A DNA stretch of 58,896 bases, filler included, from Sphacelaria rigidula (taxonomy: Eukaryota): the NCBI GenBank assembly GCA_964200075.2. It is 10 parts of 10 records of this genome, joined end to end, with 100 filler letters (N's around TTAATTAATTAA, not from the genome) between each part and the next. Parts side by side here need not be neighbours in the genome. Positions count along the whole stretch, not along the records: positions 35,401 to 41,199 come from CAXNAA020024374.1; positions 41,300 to 47,098 come from CAXNAA020024375.1; positions 47,199 to 52,997 come from CAXNAA020024376.1; 7 more parts are not named here. One strand, 5' to 3'. The notes below the pieces were generated by a model. That model saw only the letters and a list, made by a program, of their open reading frames with translations. It had not been told where the DNA came from and made no database searches. This document shows, piece by piece, positions 38,673 through 50,607 of the stretch (position 1 is the stretch's first letter; every line of letters begins with the position of its first letter). A program made the position numbers and the translations under genes.

Positions 38673-38854
38673 CAACGCTCAACTTCGATCATCATTGCCA
38701 ACGCTCAACCTCGATCATCATCGCCAACGCTCAACTTCGATCATCATCGTCAACGCTCAACCTCGATCATCATCGTCAACGCTCGACTTCGATCATCATT
38801 GTCAACGCTCAACTTCGATCATCATTGTCAACGCTAAACTTCGATCATCATCGT
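38673..38854 (+). repeat. 26-bp minisatellite x7 in copia 3' non-coding region
   Basis: Seven head-to-tail copies of caacgctcaac(t/c)tcgatcatcat(t/c)g(c/t) with no spacers. Confidence 0.97.
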
Positions 38855-39612
38855 CACCGGAGGTTGAGGAACTTGATTTTGTTTGTTTTTTCTGTCAAGA
38901 AATGTGACTGAGTGAAAGAACCCAAGTAGGTGTATGATGTCTGTAATACTCGTACAATATATAGAACGCGCGGCAAGATTACCTGCGTTGGGTGAATTTG
39001 TTTTGATTGCTTTTGTTTTTATTCGAGTGCAGTCTCAAGGTCCAGAGGAGCATGCTAAAACCACAATGTGCAGACTCCTGCATTTATGATACAAGGTCCA
39101 GAAAGCACGCTGTAGGAACAATGCGTGCAACGACCTCTAGGTTTGCGATGTTCTTTCCGTCCTTGCCTACTTTGTCCTTTTTTCTCCCTTTTGGGAAGGG
39201 TGTTTTTTTAGGGGGGAGAGAGAGTCGGGAAACATATTTGGCATCTGTAAGTTTTCGTTGATTACTACATCGTCACATAATGAACAATTACGCGGTTTGA
39301 TGTTCCCGCACAATTGTTTTTGTTTGCTCATTTCTTTTATAGCTCACGGAAATCTGATGCACATGCAAATATATGCGCATGTGAGCGAAGATTTGTAACA
39401 GTGACTAGCTTCTTCCCTCAACTGGTGTTGGTGAAGTCGTTTTTCGATACAGTATAGACACATGAGTTGTACAACAGTCCGAGTGCGTATCTCGACGATT
39501 GACTTTGTGTACTGTCAGTGCTACATAGTTCGACTGATTGTGTTCGCTTGCTACACATAGCTTGAAATGTACACTATTTTCCTTTGAAAGCGACATATCA
39601 ATCACGGGGGAG

Positions 39613-40043
39613 TGTTGCAAATTTAGACAGGGCAGTCTAAGTTCGCTGGTGTGTGATTGAAATTGCCGCTGCAGGATACTGTACAGCATCAGCGGCACGA
39701 ATTGAATGTTATTTGTTACGGTTCAGGTGAAACTGTAAACCACGTATGTGTCGTTTTAAAGATCTTTTGGTTCACGTACAGCATTGGTTTTTGTCCAGAG
39801 AGTGGAAAGTATTGAGGCTCGCTCTCGCTCGCCCATCGCTTCTCACTCTCCCCAGCAACCCAGTTTTGCTTCCACAGCTCTCTCTTGCAAAAGAGGCTGT
39901 TGGATATTTTAGGCCAGAAGTGCCGAACTACACTATCTTGATTTTACTACACTGACTCCTCGCAAGTAGCTTCACCGCTACAGTGTAAGCCTCTGCTTAA
40001 CTGTCCAGTGAGACAGTGCCGTGTCAGCGAATAATTTCCAACA
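39613..40043 (+). mobile_element. 3' LTR of copia element 2 (431 bp)
   Basis: Preceded by polypurine tract gggggag (39606-39612); termini TGTTG...CAACA. Confidence 0.8.
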
Positions 40044-40125
40044 GCCCTTTCACCCCTCTACCCCCTCTTGCTTTGACTCAGCATTTTCGCGCACACAAAA
40101 GCACGCCGGCCACAAGCATGAGGGG

Positions 40126-41054
40126 CAGTACATAATTTGTGATGTCCGCGCCAGATGTTCCCCTGCTTATGGGCTCTGATTAAAATCTGACGCCACGGCA
40201 TCGATTCGTTTCAACTGCTCCACAAGGTTGTCATCCACCCAAAGAGAGAGGTAGGACGTACTTGTGATATCCAGGCAAGATGTCTTCGTCTTCATGCCCC
40301 CTCAATACTATCCATTGCCGTGACACCGCTCTGTTTGTTGATGCCCCATAACATGCACAGTGCTGCCGAGTTAGTGGCTCGCCGGGTTCACGATAGCGCG
40401 GACCGACGACCGAGGTGGATCGATGCAACAAGACGTTGTAGGTACGTGCTCTGAAAATGGGTCAGGTGTAGCGTTTTCGATCCTGACAATATACTACACA
40501 GGAGACCACTGCGCAACCGTACTGATCGGTTCTAATCAGAGGCGCCGCGAGGGGGGTAGCCCATCTGGATCATGTATACTTTTCTTCAAGTATAGTTGAT
40601 GCCGGATCAACAGAGGACCTACTCTCGCCGTCTAAGTGTGCATGCAGACTCGTTTGGTTAGAAAACACATGGTTCCCTCGGCCGAGATGAGAGAGCCACG
40701 CCTCCCTTTTACATGATAAGGAGAGGCGGTACGTAGTTTGTAATGCCCGCGCCAGATGTTCCTCTGCTTTTGGCCTCTGATTAAAACCTGATGCCACGGT
40801 ATCGATATGTTTCATACTGCTCCACAAGTTAGTCATCCACCCGAAGAGAGAGGTGGCACGTACTTATGATGTCCGGTCAAGATGTCTTCGTCTTCACGGC
40901 TCCTCAATATAACCCACTGCCGTGGCACCGCTCTATTCCTCGGTGTCCTATAACATGCACAGTGATGCCGAGTTGGCGGCTCGCCGGGTTCACGATAGCG
41001 CGGACCGACGAGCGAGGCGGATCGATGTCACAAGACGCCGTAGGTATGTGCTCT
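40126..41054 (+). repeat. Two diverged direct copies of a ~330-bp segment
   Basis: 40126-40453 and 40727-41054 share ccgcgccagatgttcc, caagatgtcttcgtcttca and ggctcgccgggttcacgatagcgcggaccgacga. Confidence 0.92.
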
Positions 41055-41061
41055 GTGATGG

Positions 41062-41145
41062 TTTAAGAGACAACAAACTAGACTAGACTACTGACCAGTC
41101 AGCGCTGACTGGTCAGTAGTCTAGTCTAGTTGGTTGTCTCTTAAA
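41062..41145. repeat. 84-bp spacerless palindrome with one mismatch
   Basis: tttaagagacaacaaactagactagactactgaccagtcagc | gctgactggtcagtagtctagtctagttggttgtctcttaaa. Confidence 0.97.
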
Positions 41146-41564
41146 TCGCCACAAAACGTTAGTCGTGGGGGTTCGATCCCCGTCACTTTCACTCCAAGGN
41201 NNNNNNNNNNNNNNNNNNNNNNNNNNNNNNNNNNNNNNNNNNNTTAATTAATTAANNNNNNNNNNNNNNNNNNNNNNNNNNNNNNNNNNNNNNNNNNNNG
41301 GTTTGTTTTTTTTCGTCTCTCGGGACGCCGGGCCGTGTGAATAAGGCCCACCCCTGGGTCCTCCCCCCGGGGGGGGGGGGGGGGTCCGTTAAACTATGAC
41401 AATTAATCAATCAAATCAAATCAAATCAATGATGTTGTGTCAGGGCTGTGTGACCACAGGCGCTTGAGGTCTGGAAAAGAGGTAATGTGATAAACAACAT
41501 GTGTGGCATGATCGCCCGCGTACCCACCAAAACCCAAGGAAGAGATACTTATTTACAATGGTAT

Positions 41565-41996
41565 ATTATTTTATTTTTTTGTCGCACATTGAACCCCTCC
41601 CCTTCCTTGGGACGACGAGTCCGTGGTCCCGAGACATCAACCCATATATACCCCGGTACACGCCCCCTTACATTTTGGTCTCGCGGATTGGGTCGGCACT
41701 CACGCACCGCCTCAACTCGCGTCAAACAAACTCAGTCCCTTTGGTCTCGAGGTATCAACCCATCTCTGCCCCGGTACACGCCTCCTTACCTTTTGGTCTC
41801 GCAGATTGGGTCAGCACTCCCGCACCGCGTCAACTCACATCAAACAAACTCAGTCAACTATTTTTTTTACTAACGTTCTCACGCTTTCCACGGTGGAAAT
41901 CACACACTAGAAAGGAAAACCCCTACGCACCGGGAATCGAACCCTTGTTCTCTCAACCCTAATGGCAACGGACGGACCATCACACCACCGGGGCGC
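41565..41996 (-). mobile_element. tRNA-derived SINE, family B, with internal ~115-bp duplication
   Basis: Minus-strand head cgccccggtggtgtgatggt...gggttcgattcccgg (A and B boxes); duplicated block 41624-41737 / 41742-41856; A-rich tail. Confidence 0.85.
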
Positions 41997-42097
41997 GGTG
42001 GCAAATACTCAACGGCCGATAAGACTCATAAGTTAGGCTGGGACACTGCACGAGGCGGGCGTGGACCTGTTCGCCGAGTGGTCTCTATATTACTCAC

Positions 42098-45000
42098 CGC
42101 CCTGCCTTGATGTATGCGAACATGACATGGTTGTGCGCGACAGTTCGCATCTCGTCGTGCCGCCGCTTCTTCATCTCCGCCATTCTAGCCTTGTTCATGC
42201 TGCTCGCGGTGCGATCGCCGTCAGCATCGCGAGCGCTCCAGCCAAGCTCCCTCTCTCGTCCGGACAATGGCGATACCTCACGCGTTACATCTTGGCCGGT
42301 ATTCTCCAACCCGTCCAGCTCGTCTTCTCCCAAAATAGAGGCTTCCATGGCACCAAGCACCTGCCGGGAAAGGCAATGGATCAATCGGCGGGGCGGGATG
42401 ACATTTTTCGGCATACCAACAAAATCGGGTGGTCGGGTGGATAGACCTCTCCGTGCTTGTGCCTTCAGTATTTGACCACCAAAAGCTGTGTGCGTCTTGT
42501 CAGCCAGCACATTTTTTCTTCCGGAAACGAAGTATTGTACTTCCCCGGATGCCCATCTACCGGCGCGTGAAGGGATAGAAACTTTCAGTCTTCAACATGC
42601 CGGAATCATGTGGATGTATGAGTTGTTGGTTTTTGACAAAGGCCACGCTCTTGTCAAGCCTTCTTCAACCTCCAGACCCTCCGATATCGTGATCTTGGTT
42701 CCTGGTCCTCTTCACTGCTCCTTCTCTCTACCCAATCCGTTTCACGTCGGACAGATCATGATCTGTCTGGAGCAACTAATCAAAGAAGACTCTCGAATTC
42801 GTTGGTCACAGAACACAAAAAATTGTGACCGCGGAGTCAGAAAAGCAAAAGCGCGATATATTTGCGCTACTGGGCGTGCGCGGCGTCCCGCGCTGTCGGG
42901 AGCAAACGTTGAAAAGGGGGGGTCAAACGATCCGGGTCATGATCCAGATCAGTATACCGAGAGGAAGTAATTTTCAAACGGATCATGATCTGCCCGACGT
43001 GTGCAACTCTTACCCTGTAGCACGCGCGAGTGCGGGTGGTATTCAACATCACATCTAACGATACCATCGTCAACATCGCCTGCCCCGACGCAGACCAAAA
43101 TCAACTGCGTATCTGATGGAGCTGAGACCTCCAAACAGACGAGGAGTGAGTACACTTCTATTTGCTCGACACCGTACAGTAGGGTGCACAATATCAGTGC
43201 GGCGGGAAGTACTCTACGCGTGAGTTTTTGAACAAGGTCGCGAGTGAAGATTATGATATGCTCGGACGATGTTCTGTCCAGTAATTTCTTCCGTTATTTT
43301 TTTCATACGTATTTTCAGACAGACGCCTCCGTATTTTCGTCGATGATGACGAATATCTCGGGGTTTCGGGCTGGGCGATACACACTCGACCCCCCACTCC
43401 GTTGGGGGAAACTAGACCACGCTGTGCGTATGACCGGTTGCGAAAACTACTGCAGTGTGTTGCGTAGGACAAGGCTATAGGCTAATCGGCATTTTGAAGC
43501 GATGTGAGGTGGCGTTGGACGATGGAATGTGGAGTTTAGTGACGCTTTGGTGTTTACCACCCCCCACCCGCGGACCAGTCCCATGGTGCTCCGAGGCACT
43601 GCTGCTGTCGTCCGACGTCGCTTCCAACGTCATAAAGGCAGTGCCCATAAGCTTACGGTCGGTGTACTAATGCAGCGCTTTGGTGGGTTTATCTCGACCT
43701 TGTCGACGAAACATTTCAGGTGAAGTCCGGTGCACCCTGCGTGAGTTCTGCGCGATTGTGCTGCAGATACCGGAATAAAAAATGGCGGTTGTGTGTTTGA
43801 AACAATACGTGCGTCTGTAGTACCAGCCTTTGAGGGATATTCCGCGTCAGTATTTTCGATGTGGTGGACAAAACCGGGCCAGCGTCTTCCACAGTTTGGA
43901 GCTCCTCGCCGAGGAAGAGCGAGGGAAAATAGTGAGAGGGTGGCAAAAAGGCTCACATACCACAACTAGCGGTTGCCCCAGAGAGTGGGGACCTTCGATA
44001 CAGGAAGGGAGCCAAATGTCAAAGGCGACGGTAGGGGAGATTCTGCACCTGGGGAACAGTTAGCATCCCTGAAAAAATGGGGCCTTGAATGAAAGCGTTG
44101 TCTTCGGAAGTGTCAGCAAACGCGCGCTGTTCAGCAACAGGATAGAATGCTCAATTTCGTGAGCAGGCAGGAGTCGTCGCTGCTCTTTCCCCCGTACATG
44201 GCTTCAATGTTGGGTCGCAGCAAGTACATCGAAGATATCACTTGGCGTTCCTGTGGTCGCCCCGATGGCTCAGGTGGTAACCTCGAAGGATTGTTGATGG
44301 TTGCGTCACGGGTTCGAATTCATCTCCGTGAAACCACACAATCTGAGAGGGTTTCTCACACCATGCCCATCAGTGGAGAGCGACTATGTCATGAGTACAC
44401 AAAGTTCGACTTCACGGTCGACGAGGGGAGGGGGACCGCTGGGCCTTCTTAACAAGAAAAGTAAGGCAAGCACCGCAAAAGGCAGGTGGGGTACTAAAAA
44501 AACAAAAAAGAAAAAGCCCCTGTGTTGACCTTCCTCCTGTTTGACCCCGGTTGATACCCCCACATATATCGAAAGGTGTAGACAGGCATCCGGGATAGAT
44601 GAGATGACCACACACACAAATATTTCCTGTACTCCCCAGCGACCCTTGACGCCGTTTTTTCGAGTTAGACCCTGGAATTTTGCACACGAGTGCTCTGGGA
44701 TATTTAGAGGGGCTGAATGAATGGGGTCTTTCGATTTGTGTTTTCTTTGCCAGATATTCGGGGTCCGAAGAGACGATGGCAGACACCGTCTCCAGGGTCC
44801 CCGGATATCTGGCGAGAAAAAAAATCGAACAATTCCAGTCATACAGCCCTTCTGAATATCTCAAAACACCCGTATGCAAAAATTCCAGCGTGTAACTCGA
44901 GCAACGGCGTCAGCGATCGCCCTTATGTGCGCTAATTCATATAAACGTGCACGGAATATCCATAATTACTTGATTATAGTATCGACCGGCATTTCCTCGT

Positions 45001-46808
45001 GCGCCTGAGCTTGAATCGATCGTTTGGGATCAGCTTTTCGAGTTGCGCGACGAAACGTTGTACAAACGTTCCTTGGACTACCTCGAGACGAGTTAAATTC
45101 GAAGAAGAAAAATGAAACAATCTGTACCGACCTCTAGCGGACTTCACGCTGGGACATACTGAAACCAGTAGAAAGCGGATAAACTTTGAAATATTAAAGC
45201 AATTTGTTTTCCTCATTCGAAGCACCCACATCAACGAAACTGCCAGTTTGAGGATGATTGAAGCTGTTCCGCGAGAGTTAATAGGGAAAAAGTCAAGAGG
45301 CTTGCTGGGTCTTCGATGAAATTATCAGTGGAAATCCGACGACGCTAAAACCCCATTTCACCGAAATATCACGTTTTGGGGTATAACTCAATCCCTTACA
45401 GAACGTTTCAAATGTGTTCATTGCCTACAAATTGAGTCGGGAATTCGCATCTCCAATTTCAACAATGTGAAGGCCCCTGATTCGCCGAGAAATATTTTCC
45501 TCACCAGCGCCACGGCAAATAACGCAAGGAAAAATCTGACCATGTCACACTATTCGCTTGCTCGTGGGGGTCACTATGATACCAAACATGCTTCTATCGG
45601 GTCAGCCATGCGTTCTGTATCTAGTGGAGAATAAGTCTCGGGCATTTCACCCTGAACCAGCCTGTATGTAGGCTTTTCCCTTCTTTTTAAAGCACTTACT
45701 TGAAGCAACATTCGTCGACTTTGCCTTAATAACTTCCTTGTGCGCCTGAAAGGTACCGGTTGCCTATTGGAACAACAAACGCCGCAGGTCAAGTGCTCGC
45801 TCCTACACCACAATTCGTTGGCACACTCACCATAGGCTTCATAATTGATTTGGAAAACTAAGACCGACGCACGCACCTCCAGGCACTCCTCAGGGTAGCC
45901 CAGGCGACTCATGCCCAGCAGCACCGCGGTCCACGAGGTGATCTCCGCCGTGTCAATGCCCAACTCAGGCATTCTCTTGATTAAAGCCCGGCCGTGAGAT
46001 TTCCAGCAACCCGCCGCCGCTGCTCCCGCCGCAACCTGAACAGAACATGAACGTCACAATCATTATATTAGTACTGCTGCGTTCAAGGGTATCACGTACA
46101 TTTTTCTGATGAGTAGTTCGCCGCGCCCCGCGGTGGTGAACCTGGTTACACCGGAGGTGTGTTCACCACTTGGTCGATGACGAAATTCCTCGGAAAAATC
46201 TTTTTTCAAATAACGCTAACCCTAACCCTAACCCTAACCCCAACCCCACCCCCAACACAAAGCATACCGAGAACCCTCGGGCGAGGGGGGTGTGAAGCGT
46301 TCCCTAGGCAAAGTGTGGCGTTGGCAGACCTCAAAACGCCGCGGTAGGTGACAATCTTGACGAAAACGCCTTCTGCGCACGCGAGGGGCAGTTGGGACTG
46401 TCAGCCCCGCTAAAGATCCGAATATCGGTGCTTACACTCAGAACAAGTTATAAAAATCCGGGAAGATTCTAATCGACCAAGTGGTAAACACTGCTGTTAC
46501 ACCGACTCTTACTTGAGCGAAGTTTCAAGGGGCTCTACGCTTTGGGGCAGAGATGGGGAGAGCGGGGGTTCAAGCTACTGCTTACACAACCAGCCACTTT
46601 TGTAGTGTCTCTGGGGAAGCGAATTGTACCTGTATTACTCTTGGCATCAAAAATGCACTCAACTATGTACATCGCTTGACAACGTTTTCACCCGCAGACA
46701 AGGCCATAACGAGTTCACCCGCAAACACGGCCGCAACGAGTGCGTGAGATCGTGCAACTCACCCATAACCCCCTCCATTTCGTGCAGCAACCGAACACAC
46801 CCTTCCCC
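42098..46808 (-). CDS. Pentatricopeptide-repeat (PPR) protein, internal exons
   Basis: Exons 46808-46719, 46035-45877 (ITSWTAVLLGMSRLGYPEECLE) and 42360-42098 (VLGAMEAS...TVAHNHVMFAYIKAGR) join in frame with GT-AG ends; two PPR-type motif starts. Confidence 0.72.
42743..43001. mobile_element. MITE, CACGTCGG-TIR family
   Basis: cacgtcggacagatcatgatctgtctg ... caaacggatcatgatctgcccgacgtg. Confidence 0.8.
44255..44620 (+). mobile_element. tRNA-derived SINE, family A
   Basis: tggctcaggtgg A box, gggttcgaattc B box; cagtggagagcgactat, ttcgacttcacgg.cgacgaggg and tgtgttgaccttcctcctgt shared with the 31786 copy. Confidence 0.88.
44638..44920. mobile_element. Foldback/MITE
   Basis: gacgccgtt...tcgagtta.ac.ctggaattttgca is inverted at tgcaaaaattccag.gt.taactcga...aacggcgtc; inner gccagatat / atatctggc; ~11-nt loop. 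Confidence 0.8.
46200..46430 (+). mobile_element. Telomeric-seed repeat family copy
   Basis: (CTAACC)4 at 46216-46239 followed by the body shared with 11147-11320. Confidence 0.78.
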
Positions 46809-48722
46809 CTGAGTTTCTGGTGGGATCGTAATCGGGTCGAATCCGCACAGGAAAATACGTATTTCCTTTCCGACTCTCGCCCAGCGGAACCGTGACAAGG
46901 AGAGCTGGCGAAGGAATGTGGTACAGAAAAACAGGCCGCGGGCGCGCTGATCCGAAAGTTTCACTTTATGGCCAGAGGCGAGCACCGAGAGAAAGATGGG
47001 TCGATCTATCGAGACGATAAACTTGTTCTGAGGAGGGGGGGGGGGGGGGGGGGGTCTCTTTTTTTTTCTTTTCTTTATTTTTTGTACCTCGAACCCCCNN
47101 NNNNNNNNNNNNNNNNNNNNNNNNNNNNNNNNNNNNNNNNNNTTAATTAATTAANNNNNNNNNNNNNNNNNNNNNNNNNNNNNNNNNNNNNNNNNNNNGA
47201 CGTGGCGGGCCCAGACCACCGTTCCTCGGCTCCTCGATCCCCCCGTCCTTTCTCCCCCCCCTCCCACTATCGGCCCCCCCCCCCCCCCCCCTGGGCGCCC
47301 TTCACAGCGCAGATTTCTCTGGAGAAGGACGCAATGCTCACGCGGCTTACAGAGGAAGGCCCTCCACTATAGTCTGAACACCCGAGCTCTTATTGATTGA
47401 GTGATGGTCACACATCAAGTAATCCCGTAGAGGTAAAGATATGAATCGGTCCGAAGATAGACGTGAGCAAGGTTAATACAGACGGGAAAGAGCAAATATG
47501 GAGATAGAAAGAGCAAATAGATTAAACTGAAGAGCGAGAAAGCAGAGCAAAAACAAGAACGGAAAATAAGCGCACGGGTATAGACAGAAGATCAAGTGAA
47601 GGAAAGGAACGGGAAAATAACAAACGTCAAAATAGGTCTAATATCGGTCCTCCTGCTGAAAAGAAGATTCGCCGGCCCCTGTCGCATGGCTTCAGGTAAG
47701 AAGGCAAGGGAATACTAGCCAAAAATCACAAAACTACAAAAAAATGAAAAAGGGCGTGGACGCACGTTGCGACTCAACTGTATGGGAACGACGCTATTTG
47801 GACATGAGCTCTCGTCCGCGAATTCTGCAAGCCAGACACAAACAGTGCTCCTCTACACCATTGAAACAAGGCACAAAATAATGTTATGCAGGACAAGGAT
47901 TACGTTTTCCCCGAAGAAAGGACGACCTCTGACAAATAAACAGGACTTGAACCTGGGTTCCTTCGGCGATGCCAAATCCAAGGAAGCCCTTGAGCTAGAC
48001 CCAACAGACGACACCGTTGCTCTATATTGTGGGGGGTGCTTACGCCCTGTAAGAACACGCCAAGGATAAACGCTGCGGGTGGGATCTTCTCCACACAGCA
48101 TTGAGGTGTTTGTCTCCAGGCACAATCACCAATTGTTTGAAACCCCGTGAGTATGCCCGAAAGGTCCAACGTGAGAGAAATGGCAATATCTGATAGAGCA
48201 AGTGCGTGGGTACCCTATTTTGGTACTTTATGCCAGAGTCGTACACCTTGCCTGCTACCACGGGCCCGTGGAAACGTGACCTAGGGATAACAAAGCATTG
48301 CGGTCGTCACCTCTGGCCTCCCGCTGGCGCACACGAGGCACAGTATCGCCCGCAAGAAGGTCTCCGGCGAATTGAACTTGAGTAGGTCTGACGACATCAT
48401 GCGATGGCCGACCTTTTATCAGAGTAAGGTAGCGAAGAAAGTTTCACACGTGCAACACGGCGAAAAACTATCTTCACCTAATAATAGCAACATCAAAACA
48501 AGAAGGGGAAGCACCGTACCACTACCACGGCTCGATGCAACGTTCACGAACCCTACACCGACCTACCTGGATGATGGAGTATTTCGTCTGTGACACGCAG
48601 CAAGTAACACGCTAACAAGTGTGTATGCAACACAAAGTTATTTCACAATTCGGAAATGGGGTCATCCCGATCGACGCCTGAAGTACAACGCGTTGAGAAC
48701 ACCATTGATGATATCTACCTAC

Positions 48723-50607
48723 CTCCTCGTACAGATCCGCCGCCTCCATGTAGCGCCCAGACATACCCAGCGACCGCGCGGCCTGAGGCAATGTACGAAA
48801 TTTCAAATTCGGTAGTTCCCCATAGGGTAGTGATTCACAACGAGTTCGAGTTGTGGTCGACCTTCCCGTTGGCGCGGAAACAAACGTCACGTCGCATGCA
48901 CTATCGATTCACATATTCTCGTGTGGAGCCTGTTACAAGCAGCTTCAACGGAACAGGTCAAGGGGGGTGATTGTTGTGGCTCAAATGGAATCATGAAAAC
49001 AGTACTAGATGAAAGGCTGTGTACACAACATTGCCAACGGCGCGTTGCGCGATCGATGCCGTGTGTCGAGTTGAACGATGATTTTGCAGGTGGTAGACGA
49101 CACAAACCTGGAACAGCCATCGTCAAGAGGCAAGCGGCTAAAAGTGCTGGAAAGTTATAACAACTTTGGCACCACAGTAAGTGTAGATTAAGTCTCACGT
49201 TGAGATGACATCGGTCGGCTGCCACGTCGTAGCACGAATTCACCAAATATAAACCAGCGGCCTTCAAGAAGTGTACGACGGCAAGCGACTGGTTCCTGCT
49301 TCGGAGAGAGAAACAGGAAGCAGGAATGTACTTGTTCATTTTGAAACAAGTTCCACAGTGTTTGCGCGTTAGGTTTAAGTTTGAATGCACTGAGGCAGAG
49401 CTCATATTCTCGTTGTGTGTGCGACAGTGTTCAGTTAGTAAGTATGTAGTACTCATTCACCTTCTCCATTGTATACTGCAGTCCAGTAGTAGGACCTTGT
49501 TCAAGTGCTACTAGATTCATTTCTCGACAGAAGGGGTAATGCGGTGTAAGGAAAGACTCACCTGTCTTTCTCCATGAGTTCTGCAACTTCTAATTCAAGC
49601 CGCGCTGCCGTCGAGAAGCGCCAGATTTGGCAGTACAGGTTGATCGCAGTCAGGTAGCAAGTTGCAGCCTCTGTTACATGTCAAGTGGTGACGTGGAAGG
49701 GACAATGGTTGTACCGACCAGTGGCGAGTTCACATCGGTGTCAGCTACCATATACAAAAACTCCTGCTCTCCAGAACGAGGTCTTTCCTTGCTACGGCCG
49801 TGGCATGCGTACTCGGAATATAGCGCGACCTTCTTCTCGGGGTCTGCCGCTTGCAATTCGTGTTGTTTCACTCCACATAGATTGGTGGCGCTTTGGCCTT
49901 CCAATCTTTTCAGCTAGATGCCATGTATGTCTAGGTCGGCTGCAAATGAACCCTCAGCGGGCTAAATTTGATATCCACACCTTGTGGGTCCTCCTTGCTG
50001 AAGCAAAGGGCGGCTTCGTGATAGAATGAAGCCGCTACCTCCGGTCTCTTCAGCTTTTCCTCCATTCGTCCGCTGCTTTTATATGCAACTCCGGCATCTT
50101 GGACTGAATTAAGAACGATAGTGCGGGAAAATGACGTGGTGACGTTCTGCAATTATGTCCAGAGACAACAGAGGCCTCATGTCAAAGGGCGTGGGGTCGA
50201 CCGATGACGGTTAGAATTTTCCCCAGGTGTGTGGTGTGTTTATAACGTTCAGACTGGAGCCGACGTGGGGTCTGTCGTTGATATTGCACCAGAGTCACCA
50301 TCTCGATGCATTTATTGAATTGATAATAGTGCGCCATTGGCTATTGACAAGTAACTGCCATTCAGCGGGTTCTACTCCTTCCTGGCGTGGCCGCAGCGGC
50401 CAACTTGGCGGCCTTTCTTCGACTGTTTATCCCTTGACGTGCGCAGGGGACCGCGTGCTTTAGCGTGCTTCCATTTGCGCTAAACAACCCACATCGCTTG
50501 GCCACCCGGAAGCATTGAGCTGCCTGTTCTTGGTAGCAAGATGCGTCCTGATACTTGTAGCGCAAGACAACGCTGTCCGTGTACATCCGCCTCTGCGCCA
50601 TTTGAGC
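48723..50607 (-). CDS. Alpha-SNAP-like (soluble NSF attachment protein family) helical-repeat protein, partial
   Basis: Phase-compatible GT-AG exons 50607-50493, 50103-49981, 49670-49562, 49295-49199, 48782-48723 give KYQDASCYQEQAAQCFRVAKRFQDAGVAY...AASFYHEAALCFSKEDPQEAATCYLTAINLYCQIWRFSTAAR...AVVHFLKAAGLY...GRYMEAADLYEE, colinear with alpha-SNAP. Confidence 0.8.

Larger units (their letters stand above)
35401..40043 (+). mobile_element. Decayed Ty1/copia LTR retrotransposon 2 (gag, PR, IN, partial RT, RNase H, 3' LTR)
   Basis: Knuckle CYTCGRPGYQARDC; protease LTVDSGSTEYF; ADIWHRRLGHP; integrase STDLTGP, RSDRGGE, PYTPQQNGISER; RT LDVQTAFLNG...QPPG; RNase H STTEAEL, YSDSQGAL, QLADLLTK. Domain order IN-RT-RH is copia. 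Stops and frameshifts present. Confidence 0.96.

Noticed and set aside
38673..38854. CRISPR-like array
   Set aside because: Units are contiguous with no unique spacers, no cas genes, and lie inside a eukaryotic retrotransposon.
46211..46240. True telomere
   Set aside because: Only four units, internal to an intron and part of a dispersed repeat.
47941..48261. Further SNAP-like exons
   Set aside because: Candidate frames do not match the alpha-SNAP C-terminal pattern and splice sites are ambiguous.
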